The position numbers and the translations under genes were made by a program. A stretch of DNA of 64,000 nt from Octopus vulgaris (taxonomy: Eukaryota). The notes under the pieces were generated by a model that searched no databases, was not told the DNA's origin, and was given only the letters and a program-made list of their open reading frames with translations. Below, one piece after another: positions 13,727-26,399 of this stretch (positions are counted from its first letter, which is position 1; each line of letters starts with the position of its first letter). Where the stretch lies: assembly GCA_951406725.2 (NCBI GenBank), contig OX597822.1, positions 104,408,001 through 104,472,000 of the forward strand, given 5' to 3'.

Positions 13727-13730
<4 letters not shown>

Positions 13731-14461
13731 GGGCATTACTATACATAAATGCCTCAGGCTAGGAGGGACTCTTAAAGTCAAAACTACCATAATAAACACA
13801 TTGTACCGAACGCGAGGGAATGCAACTCTCGAAGCGAGCCTTTTAAAAACAGATTCAGCCGCAGATCATATGATTTCATAATTAGTGCACAAAAATGAAC
13901 TTTTCAGTCGTCAGTGCAAGCATAATCAAGACACATAAAAATGAACAAAAACACCAAATGTATCCAGCATAGTACATAGACTTTTTCAAACATATATGTC
14001 TATGTAAGAGGTCGGCTTTTCGAATTGCATCTCGATACACGTGTTTATTCAGAATAAAATTCAGTATTGAAAATATTCTGGTTAAATTAACAATTTAAAA
14101 ATAGGATAAAATCATTAAAAGAACTTATCAAATAATTAGCGTGAAAAACCTCATAAGGGAAACAAAAATTATTAATTATTCCTTTTAAATACATTTAGTT
14201 ATATTAAGGCTATTACTATACATAAATGCCTCACTCTAGGAGGGACTCCTAAAGTCAAAACTACCATAACAAACACATTGTACAGAACGCGAGGGAATGA
14301 AACTCTCGAAGCGAGTCTTTTAAAAACAGATTCATAATTAGTGCACAAAAATTAATATACATAAATATATCTAAAGGGAATAATTAATAATGTTTTCCCG
14401 TATGAGGTCTTTCACGCTAACCCCTCGATAAATTCTTATAAAGATATTATCCTATTTTTAA

Positions 14462-14466
<5 letters not shown>
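13727..14466 (-). mobile_element. TA-flanked element with direct and inverted internal repeats (pseudo-LTR-like) and a hammerhead at 13860-13918
   Basis: 13727-13897 repeated at 14205-14352; 14090-14197 inverted at 14361-14466; minus strand TGCA-CTGACGA-...-GAAA-TCATATGA-TC-TGCG. Confidence 0.7.
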
Positions 14467-14516
<50 letters not shown>

Positions 14517-14524
14517 TTATATGC

Positions 14525-14842
14525 GTGGCAGCTTGGGCAAGTATCTTCAACTATAACCTCCGACCGACTAAAGCCTTGGGAGTGGATTTGGTAGACAGAC
14601 ACTGAAAGAAGACTGTGGTTTATACATATGTATGTATATATCTGTGTGTGTCTTTATGTCTGTACTTGTCCTCAACCACCGTTGAAAACCGGTGTTAGTG
14701 TGCTTACGTCCCCGCAACATAGCATTTCGGCAAAGTGCCATGCCTAAAAAAAGTTCTGGGGTTGATTTGTTCGACTAAAGTACTGCAAGGCGGTTGTCCA
14801 GCACGGCTGTATGAAACAAGTAAAACAATATAAAAATAAGAG
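14525..14842 (+). mobile_element. SINE family B (5'-clipped)
   Basis: TTGGGCAAGT..GAGTGGATTTGGTAGAC..internal TA/TG..GGCGGT..CCAGCACGGC..GAAACAAGTAAAA. Confidence 0.75.
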
Positions 14843-14866
14843 AATGTATATATATATATATATATA

Positions 14867-15313
14867 TTGTGACCTCTTCGGTCATGAATGACAATGGGAT
14901 TGCACTTAGAAAGTTACCCTCCGAGGCACAAGTCTGAGCAAGGTTGTTTTTAGGAAACCAGGAGTCGCCCACGCATATCAGCATCCCCTTTCCACGCCAC
15001 TGATGTTATACAAGGGAAAGGCAACAGCTGATACAGCTTGGGGCCAGTGTACCCTTAACGTAGTTCTCGGGGAAATTCAACGTCACACAGAGTGTGACAT
15101 GGCTGGCCCTTTGAAATATAGGGACAACAAAAACAGGAAGAAAGAGTGAGGGAAAATTTGTGGTGAAAGAGTACAGCAGGGTTTACCACCACCCCCTGCC
15201 GGAACCTCGGGTATTTTCGCCCAATAAACACTCACAATGCCCGGTCTGGGAATCGAAACCGTGATCCTACGACCGCGAGTCCGCTGCCCTAACTACTTGG
15301 CCATTGCGCCTCC
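14867..15313 (-). mobile_element. Chimera: SINE family C head and body (15049-15313) joined to a different, RTE-like tail (14867-15048)
   Basis: 15049-15313 matches family C including the tRNA head GGAGGCGCAATGGCC..GGTTTCGATTCCC; it diverges from other C copies after TTAAGGGTACAC. The RTE-like assignment is by recollection only. Confidence 0.6.
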
Positions 15314-15380
15314 ACACACACGTATACATACATATATATGTATTTATTGCATCACTACTTGCTATCCTGGTGCTTATTTT

Positions 15381-15435
<55 letters not shown>

Positions 15436-16824
15436 TATACAAATATACATACATATATGAAATGAACGGTATTTCTGATCGAGTTGCTGGAATTGTCCTG
15501 AAATTATCACACGATGCCACCTTAAAATAATCCACTTATATCTATCAACATCTCTACAAGTAGCAAAGCACTGAAGCGAATCTATAGATACGTTAACGAA
15601 GTAATTGACCATTGTACTTTGGTAACGAGAAATATAAACCCCAGGAAAATGAGAGGGAAGAAAATGCGTAGTTACTATGAAAATTCTCAGAGAATAACGA
15701 AAACGTTAGGGGAAAAGACCTTTATATATTTTTGCCTGTCTAAAAGTTCTAAAGACCTAAAAGAAATAGCAAGTGACCTCTTCAAAAATTAAGAAGCAAC
15801 AGAAATGACACGAGAAAGGTTCGGATTGCAAATCTGAGATTAAATTGCAACAAATAAACAAGGCATTGTACGGTTCGAAACAGTGAAGTGATTAGCAAGG
15901 TTAAACAATGATCACAGGACGGGAAGAAAAATGCTCAAAACCGACTTGCCGAAGGAAAGAAAGTAACTGTTTCATTCAGAAAGCAAACCACTTAGGATCG
16001 TTAAGTGTCAAATCGATCTTTTCCAAGCTGACATTAACAAAACAATAATTGTTGAACAAACACAAAGTGACGACATTTAAGTTTCAAATAACAACACAGT
16101 AAAAGCTCTCAAAGAATAGGTGAATGATAAAGAGAAACACGTGACAAAAACGTCAACAAATTATCCTAGAAAACACACGATCAGATGAAGGAACGAAAAA
16201 TAAACTCTGTTAGAAACAAGACAGAAACATAAAAAATGTATAAACGGTTAAGTAGTAAAAAGTAGACGACATGAAATATAAATGAACAGCATAGAATCAA
16301 TAATTCAAAAAGGAGATGCTATCAACTCTTTGGAAGGTAAATAAAAGTTGTCCAAAATGAAAGTATTGAAAGAAGATGACATCACGGGATGCGGTTTTGC
16401 TAAAAATCTATACTTCAGTGACAGAAGCAAGAGCGATCATTACAGAAGACAACGCCATTGAAGTCTCAACGTTGCTTCACTTCCCCGAAATTACACCATA
16501 CGAAGTGAAGTACAAATAAATGAAGGAAGGCGAGGATCTAGGACAAGATAATATAATATCTGATGTCAAATAATACAAATGAGAACCACTAGCGCTAGAC
16601 AGCAGTACAGAAACAGAAGTATTTAACGCTTCCTCAGAAAAATCGGACATTTTATACCTTTCTATACATAAATAAAGAAAAGATAAGTCCATCAATTCAA
16701 ACATTTTTCTATCATTATTCATTTATGCTGAACCCTTACAAGAAATTTACTCTTAAACGTATACGCGTACATAGATACGTATGTATTTATGCATGTTTGT
16801 ATGTATAAATATACATACGTATGA

Positions 16825-16870
<46 letters not shown>

Positions 16871-16873
<3 letters not shown>

Positions 16874-16941
16874 CGTTATACTAATACATCTGTTTGTTTC
16901 GTACACCACCTGTCTTCGTCTTTTGTTTTTTCGTAAACTCT

Positions 16942-16981
<40 letters not shown>

Positions 16982-17194
16982 TTAGCTATGTATATTATAT
17001 TTATCTCTCCTTTTTTTGTCTCCTTTTTTTCTCTCCCTGTTTCTCCCCTTGTTTCTTTCTGCGTTCCTTTCTGTGGAAGAGAGTAGGCTCGAAACGCAAA
17101 AGACTTTTTCTATTCCCGAGCGTTATACTAATACATCTGTTCGTTTTCTACACCACCTGTCTTCGTTTTTTGTCTTTTTTTCGTGAATTCGCCC
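16871..17194 (+). mobile_element. Family H1 element with duplicated 3' terminus; hammerhead-like motif at 17067-17102
   Basis: GAGCGTTATACTAATACATCTG...CCC-(TA)n occurs at 16871 and 17118; motif CTTT-CTGTGGA-A-GAGA-GTAG-GCTC-GAAA-CG-CA-AAAG. Confidence 0.75.
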
Positions 17195-17256
17195 TATATA
17201 TATAATGTATAATTATGTATGTTTAGACATATACATACATATACGTATATACACAT

Positions 17257-17316
<60 letters not shown>

Positions 17317-17889
17317 CACATATGTACATAGACATATATATATAGAGAGATACATTCCTATATACGCACACATATACATGTATATAAATACATATGTACA
17401 CACACTCATATACCTATCTATGCGAGCGTGTGTGTGTACGTGTGTACCTATGTACTGAAATATATTAGAAACCCACACAATGTATACTAAAAGATATCAA
17501 AATCAATATTTAAATAACATTTCTCAAGATGTTTATTATCGTTTCATACATCATGTTAAGGCGGAGATGATTAAATATTTATTGCCACATCTACTAATAT
17601 AAATTCTGATATTGTACAATGTATTGAAACGTATAACTGAATCACATATATACACAGTATCGACTCTTATCGTATCTCTCTTGCGACTATTTTGACGCAA
17701 TATCGAATTGTCACGTGACAAAAATCATTTTTATCCATCGATATCATAATCTGCTGCATGTGTTATATGGTACAACTAAAGTATTTATGTACTTATATAT
17801 TGTATATATATTGTATATATATTGTATATATGTTTGAATGTATGCATGTATGTTTGTTAGTATAGATTTATGTATGTTTACAAGCGTAT

Positions 17890-18480
<591 letters not shown>

Positions 18481-18986
18481 AGGAGGATCAAATATAGAAA
18501 GATTGTGTATAAATATTTTTCAATAAGACTTGGCTGTTATTAATTTACTATTAGAATGCGGCGGGAGCCAAAACGTGACAGAATCAATGGAAACGGATAT
18601 TAAATAATGATGTAATACGGTAGATGAGACAATATAATACATTATGGATTGATTAGTATTAATATACATTGAGTTAATAAATATTTTTAGTAAAGCATTA
18701 ATAGATGAGAGAATAACTTTGGGAAATTAATTTAGAAGGATAGGCAGTATTGTGTGTTACATAGCGATTTTATAATCATTTTCAAATTGGAACTTAAAAT
18801 ATACAGTTAAACAAATTGTTACCAAAATATATTTCTATTTATCTTAAATGTTAGTCAAAAGTTTAAGAAATTATAAAGGAAATAATTGTGAAGAGGAAGG
18901 GCTCATTAGGAGAATTAAAGATGACACATCCTAGTTAGTAATTGCGACGTGGGAGTGATCTTGTGTGCTATTCAAAGATACGGGAA

Positions 18987-19551
18987 GGCGGCGAGCTGGC
19001 AGAAACGTTAGCGCGCCGGGAGAAATGCTTAGCGGTATTTCGTCTGCCGTTACGTTCTGTGTTGAAATTCCGCCGAGGTCGACTTTGCTTTTCATTCTTT
19101 CGGGGTCGATAAATTAAGTACGAGTTATGCACTGGGGTCGATGTAATCGACTTAATACCTATGTCTGTCCTTGTTTGTCCCCTCTGTGTTTAGCCCCTTG
19201 TGGGTAATAAAGAAATAGGTATTTCGTCTGCCGTTACGTTCTGTATTCAAATTCCGCCGAGTTCGACTTTGCCTTTCAACCTTTCGGGGTCGATTAATTA
19301 AGCGCCAGTTACGCACTGGGGTCGATGTAATCGACTTGATCCGTTTGTCTGTCCTTGTTTGTCCCCTCTGTGTTTAGCCCCTTGTGGGTAGTAAAGAAAT
19401 AGGCATTTCGTCTGTCGTTACGTTCTGAGTTCAAATTCGCCGATGTCGACTTTGCCTTTCATCCTTTCGGGGTTGATAAATAAAGTACCAGTTACTCACT
19501 GTTCTTGTTTGTCCCCTCTATGTTTAGCCCCTTCTGGGTAGTAAGGAAAAA
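18987..19551 (+). mobile_element. SINE family A trimer (one head, three bodies)
   Basis: TSD tattcaaagatac(g/a)ggaa at 18969-18986 and 19552-19569. Confidence 0.92.
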
Positions 19552-21368
19552 TATTCAAAGATACAGGAATTGCTAATAATTTATTATTTGGTGTCAAATT
19601 TTCATCAGAGTTCCACTGCAACTGATTTGAACCTCGGTTATTAACCAGTATATACAAGCCCCAGAGTTTTAAATCTTTTGCCTATTTCTCCTCTGTTTTG
19701 ACAAGCCATTTATGCTGTCATCAGAAGCTCATTTTAGTTAGCTTTCTGTAAAATTAATATATGTCATCTCTGCAAAGATAATGGGATTATCTAAGCACCT
19801 GTCATTAACTTATAAGGTTGTAATCCGTGGGGGAAAATAACACACGTCTCTGGAGAAAATGGTAAACGTAGATATTTCATATTGTGTCTGGTGCATAGTT
19901 GGTTGTTTCCTTCCTCTATATTTTCAAAGTATATTCTATATCTACGTCTCTATTGAATATAAACAACGTGTACATAAATTGATTTTACTGCGACACTACC
20001 GATATTAGAAAATCAATATTACATTATTTTTTTTCAATATATCATCTGAGATATCTTCTTAGAGATTGTGAAATGACAGTAAATTAACTCTATTAATGTC
20101 GAAAACATGAAAGGTTTAGCTTTCAATGCTTGTTTACCTTGGAAGATTGGAAAAGGTTGGACATTTAAAAATTGCTAGTAGCATAATTTTACCTGTAATT
20201 ATCATGAGTTCCATCTGTTTAGCTTTATGTTATTTAGTAAATGTAAGGTGTGTTATGTTATGATACGACTTCCAGCTTTATTAGTATTGCCTTCATATGA
20301 GCAAAGCAGATAAATCTGAAGCGATAATTCTGAAAAGAAATTTAGTAGTCTAATAATGTAAAAGTTTTAAGGTTAAGAAAATCGAAAAATAAATTGACGT
20401 AGTTTCGGTTTCTCTTAAAAAGTCTCTTATGTCAGTGAAAATAGAAATTCACAAATCCATATTTTCGTAGATCGAAGTAAAATATTTTCTTTCTCTCACA
20501 AATTTTGTTTGCAGTATTCATGTATTTCTGAATATATTTGTGAATATATTTCTATTTATGAATAATTATAAAATAGTCACAATTCAACAAAATTATTTCT
20601 GTAGCTTATGTTGACAATTTTAAGAAGATCGTAAGTTCTTAAGGAGAAATAACGATTTCAATTTTTACAGGTTTGTTTGTAGAGATGTTTGCTTCAAAGA
20701 TGTTCATTGTCAATAGAAGCACAGACATTTATAAGCATTTTGAAACTGAATCTATTCGCGACAAAAAGCGACTAAACTATTTATCTTTCCCTGTGGTTGT
20801 TCTAGTTGGTAATCTGAGATTAATTCTGATCAAATAAGCCTTTGATCAAGGGCGTTCCAGTCGTGACCCCCTCGTCACGTTAACCCGTACGCAGGGCCAC
20901 ATGAGCGAACTTGTCCGTTTCTTTACTAAGATAGTAATTCATGGGAATTTGGTTGCTATTTCTGGGAGGTCAAGTCGTGACCATATAGCTCCTGAATTGT
21001 ATCATATAAATAGATCTCCGTCACAAACTTTCTCCACCGGTAAGAAATAACAGTTAAGTCTCCTTCAAACAGTAGCTTCCCGTCTAAGATGAAGAAAAAT
21101 TGCAATAGAAAATAAAGTTCACTAAATGTTTAAAAACCAGATGGTCATGGATAGAACGCTTGGGTTAACCTGAAGCTAAATAAAAATAAAGAATTGCAAT
21201 AGCATTTATCCGTTTTTCATGCTGGGAGTTGTTGTTCTAAATGTGTAATACCAAGAAATATCAACATGTTGATCCGTCTGTCATTGGACTCCATCACTGG
21301 TAGTCAGGTCCTGAAAGACACGGTAATAATAAGTATTTTTTCCGCGACGAGGATGCCGACTGAACGTA

Positions 21369-21656
21369 AAGAGCCGGAACAGACATCTTGTATAATTCCA
21401 CCACCCCCACTCTCCACCTCCTGCTCTCCCTCCTTGCTCGCCACCCTCTGCTCTCCAACCCCACTCCCAACCCTGCTCTCCACCACTCCTTGCTGCCCAC
21501 CACTCCTTGCTGCCCACCACTCCTTGCTCTCCACCCACTGCTCTCCACAACTCCTTGCTCTCCACCAACTGCTCTTCACCACTCCTTGCTCTCCACCACT
21601 CCCTACTCTCCCCTCCTGAAGAGCTGGAACAGACATCTTGTATAATAATTCCACCA
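21369..21656. repeat. C/T-rich ~17-bp minisatellite (CCACCACTCCTTGCTCT) between ~37-bp direct repeats
   Basis: aagagc(c/t)ggaacagacatcttgtataa..ttccacca at 21369 and 21619 bracket the array. Confidence 0.85.
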
Positions 21657-22129
21657 GTTTCCCACACTGGACATGTACTTCATTTAACGATCCTAAAAGG
21701 AGGAAGAAGGACATGACGGCAAAGTTGAGCATAACGTGAAACGAACCCAGAGAGTAGAGAGCCGGAACAATGCCGCAGGGCAATTTATCCAGAACTGCAA
21801 CAACCTAGCCAAGCCGTCACCTTCAGAAAATGTATTAAGATACGAGTAAATACCGCAAGGCATTTTGCGAGATTCTACCCTTCACTGGCTTCACAGATTC
21901 TATTATCAGCAAAACCAAATCAATTTTCACTGGGTATGAGAGATATACTAATTTGACATTTATACATCTTTGATCGATACCGGAGTAAGGAGATAAATAG
22001 AAGATATTTCCACCCCAAGCTGATTTGAACAGAGGAGGAAAATGTAATAAACACTCTTATTACACAACTGTCGTCTAAAGTCTCTGACAGTTCAAGCACA
22101 GTCTATAATCAATTTCTTTGTAAGCCTAT

Positions 22130-22320
22130 AATCAGGGTTCGATTCTGGAGAGGGAGTATGCGAAACGGCTACCACATCCAAGGAAGGCAGCAGGCGCGCA
22201 AATTGCCCACTCCCGGCACAGGGAGGTAGTGACGAAAAATCACGACGCGGGACTCTGTGGAGGCCCCGCGATCGGAATGAGTACACTTCAAATCCGTTAA
22301 CGAGGATCGACCGGAGGGCA
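22130..22320 (+). pseudogene. 18S rRNA fragment (V3 region), dispersed pseudogene
   Basis: CAGGGTTCGATT..GAAACGGCTACCACATCCAAGGAAGGCAGCAGGCGCGCAAATT..GGGAGGTAGTGACGAAAAAT..GGAGGGCA is conserved eukaryotic SSU rRNA; no flanking rDNA. Confidence 0.95.
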
Positions 22321-24324
22321 TACATATTTCTCACACTGGACACGTACTTCATTTAACGACTCTAAAAGGACCAGAGGGCATACATATTAAAACATACATA
22401 TTTTGTGAGCAGCCATAATCGATAATATAGACTCCAGTATTTTACTGGTACTTAGTTTGCCTCACAATTGATGTTTGGAGAGTAAAGTCAAGACGAGTGT
22501 AGTTTAGAATCAGAACCTAAAAGGACTTAACTAAATACCGCAAGACATTTTGTCCTACGCTCTACTAATCCTATCATACTTTAGATTCAGTCAGTTTCTC
22601 TAAATAAAAAAATATATATTTTAGTCTTGCCAATTTAGCTGAATACATACGGCTAATAAAATCTAGAAAATTTGAAATGTGTCCGTTGCTTACGCTGGTC
22701 GTCTTTAAACACAGGGTCTAATTCTAACGGCAACGTCTATATTTTCCAAAACCTTTGAACAAACTGGACTTTTTGAAGTTATATAGGGAGTTTTAAACTT
22801 CTGATTGCAAGGACGATCTCAGATAATCGGAGTCTTTGCATTCTTTATGTGTGAGATTCTACTATGTTTATCTAGTATACAGAGCACTTCCTTCAGTCAC
22901 ATTTTCATTTAATATACTGTGTTCTTATATCATAAACATACACCGAGGAAGGATTCTAATTACATTCCTATTGAACCGAGGAAAGCAAAAAACAGAATAC
23001 ATACATTAACGTAAACATTGAGAATTATTTTTAGTGAGCCAGATTTCTTAAATAGCTAACATTGATTATGACGGAGGGATTATAACTAATTGAGATGACC
23101 TTGAAATATTGCTGGTCGCTATGCTCAGAATCAAAATATAAGAAAGTAACTCATAATGCATATCTACTTCTCGCATTTAGCTAGATATTTTGTAAAAGTT
23201 CCTTTTTTAAATTAAAACGCATTAAAATTAGTATTTTTCAACAAATATATTAATAAGAATCTTGTTCTATAAAACACACTAGGTCCCTCTAACGGCCACA
23301 ACTTTTATAAGGGAGATAATCCTTTCTCCAGTTTTCGAAACTATTAAAAATTTGAAATAGAAATTAAAGAATTATATGGGGAAAATACATAGAATTCACT
23401 TATTTAATTTTTTGCTTACATAATATGATGTTCTTAAAATTCTTAGTCAATGATAAGCATGCACTGCACTATTTCATTATTTTTAGAAATCATCCGCATT
23501 TTATGAGGTGATATATTCCATTAAAGATGGCAATAATTACAGTTTGGTTGAAATTCATTTTTTTATTATTGCATAGGAACTTAACAGATTAGGAATCGAG
23601 AGAAAAGAGAGAAAATTCTTGGTGGTCACATACAAGAAAATAACTCATTCTAGGTAATTATTGTATTAACCTTTTCAAAAGTATTAATCGATCTTCAAGT
23701 TATATCTAATATTCATGTTTGAGTCGCCGAGGAATTGACCGCGAATACGGCTACTTCTTTGGGATACTTAGTTTAAAAAGTAATGGTTTGTAATTTAGAC
23801 ACAAGGTCAGAAATGTTGAAGGGAGAGGTTAGGGGATAACATCGATCCCAGAAATATTTTGTTTTAACGGCTGCGGTTGGAAGAAAGGTGAAATTGACGT
23901 CAATGGAATTTGAACTCAGAACATAAAGATTCAGAAGAAATGACGCAAAGCACTTTGTCCGACGCAGTAAACAAGTATGGCTACAGTCATGACCACAAAT
24001 AAATATTACTCTCGAAATGAACATATTTATTCTTTGAAGCTAATGACCATTCTTTGTCATTTACTTAGGTTTATAAATTTATTACCGAGCTTATTGTTTT
24101 TATTAATAATTAATTAGTAGCTGTTATCCTAACGTATACAAGCGTATACATTATTGTTAACAATTCTGATTAGCTTTTAACTACAGTTGATTCGTTTTTG
24201 TGAGGGAAAAACATTAAAGATCTTTTAGCTATGCATATTTTAATAAGTTGTAATCTACATCTAATATTTGTGGAAAGTACTTCTGGGAAATAATTTTTCG
24301 TTAAATATCAATTCACCCTCAGTA

Positions 24325-24745
<421 letters not shown>

Positions 24746-25277
24746 ATATGCATATTTCACTGATTTATGCACATATGGGAAATTAGGATTAATGTTTCAA
24801 TTTTGTGAATGTTACTCACGCATTTTAGTTATTTAATTAGTGCGTGTCGATGATATTAATGAAAAAAAGAAAACGTCAAAAAAATAAAAAGGCAAACAAC
24901 TGAAACTGAAATATTAACATTAAAATTGCGAATTAGCTAAGGCAATACAAATTAGGTATAAACATGAAGTTTTAAACATACATCACACAAAAAAGATGCT
25001 CTATCAAAAGAATTCTATACATGTTTACTATCCTATATATTGACATTGCACATGAATTGAAGATTAACGGTAGATGTACTTACATAATCTGCGGACGTGA
25101 ATATTAAAACGCAGGTATTTAATGTACATCATTTCCAATTTGCATACGAATATCAATGTATGTTTTACGATTATTATTGCGATGAAACAAGTAAATAGTT
25201 TGCTTATAGTGAAACTGATAGATTTTGTCGTTTTCTCAACAGTGCTTTTTCGTTCTATGCTTGATTTATCAATCTCA

Positions 25278-25515
25278 TAAAGAAAGCATATATTCAAATG
25301 AAAGTCTGGCATTATGAATGCGACGTTCTGTTTACAGTAGAAATCACTAACGAAAATTTTCCATCTACGAGGCAAATATCATAGAATATAACAAATAAAA
25401 GCAGAACGTACTACTCACTTTTGGTTTCCTGTTTTTCACTATTTTGCTTCTCTTGCGTTGCTGTTCTCTTCTGATTAATATGAAACATTGCCATGCTTAG
25501 CACCATGATAAAACC
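25278..25515 (-). CDS. Possible two small coding exons (25515-25419 and 25327-25278) of an unknown gene
   Basis: AG acceptor, open 97-nt exon, GTGAGT donor, 91-nt intron, CAG acceptor; spliced frame GFIMVLSMAMFHINQKRTATQEKQNSEKQETK-KRRIHNARLSFEYMLSL*; no homology recognised. Confidence 0.25.
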
Positions 25516-25629
25516 CTATGTTTTACGAGATCAGAGGAGGAAAACATCCGAATGAACTCTTGTTGTATTCACAGGAAATAAGGTTATGATACAATGTGAT
25601 AAACATGCGAAATTAATTTAAGATACCAT

Positions 25630-25835
25630 GTGGTTGTCACAAGAAATTAATTATTCTATGACAAAATGTAGTAGTTACGAATTATGTTATGACAAAATGT
25701 GTTAGTCATAAGAAATTATGTTATGACAAAATGTAATAATAATTAGAAATTACATTATGACAAAATATGATAGTCATAAGAAATCACGTTCTGAGGCAAC
25801 GTGGAAATCATAAGAAATCAACTTATAACAAAATT
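25630..25835. repeat. ~34-bp degenerate minisatellite with internal inverted repeat
   Basis: TATGACAAAA at 25657, 25688, 25722, 25756; unit TTATGAC-AAAATGTGTTA-GTCATAA-GAAATTATG. Confidence 0.8.
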
Positions 25836-26066
25836 TGACAGGTATAAAAAGTTGTTTTAGGATACGTATTGTTTTGAAAAGTAGAGTTCAGAGGATTAGA
25901 TTATTTTCGATTAGGGAATCAGGACTCGTATGCTAATGGAAAGGGCATTCGTCCACATTGTGACATTCATGTTCTTCCATAACTATATTAGCAAATTTCC
26001 CTACAACACCATGTTATTGACATGGTTATACCAAAAGTAATGCAAAAGTAGGCATAAGTTATTTAA

Positions 26067-26295
26067 GGCGGTGAGCTGGCAGAAACGTTAGCACGCCGGA
26101 CGAAATGCTAAGCGGTATTTCGTCTACCGTTACGTTCTGAGTTCAAATTCCGCCGAGGTCGACTTTGCCTATCATCTTTTCAGAGTCGATTAAATAAGTA
26201 CCAGTTACGCACTGGGGTTGATATAATCGACTTAAGCCGTTTGTCTGTCCTTGTTTATCCCCTCTGTGTGTAGCCCCTTGTGGGCAGTAAAGAAA
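26067..26295 (+). mobile_element. SINE family A monomer
   Basis: Full head and body; TSD taggcataagttattta / taggtgtaagttattta. Confidence 0.92.
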
Positions 26296-26399
26296 TAGGT
26301 GTAAGTTATTTATATACTCACATACATCGTGCAAATTGCTCTACTTGTATATTTGCTCTACTTGTATAAGCAACTAGAACGGATGTTTCTATTTCTGTA

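Noticed and set aside
15620-16620. A-rich coding-like tract, possibly a decayed LINE ORF1 (RRCY motif)
   Set aside because: No sustained frame or complete zinc knuckle, so it cannot be supported
20657-20836. TTTTTACAG acceptor followed by ~55 open codons on +
   Set aside because: No clear donor or homology; runs into a degenerate repeat
22130-22320. Functional rRNA gene
   Set aside because: Only about 190 bp with no rDNA context, so annotated as a pseudogene
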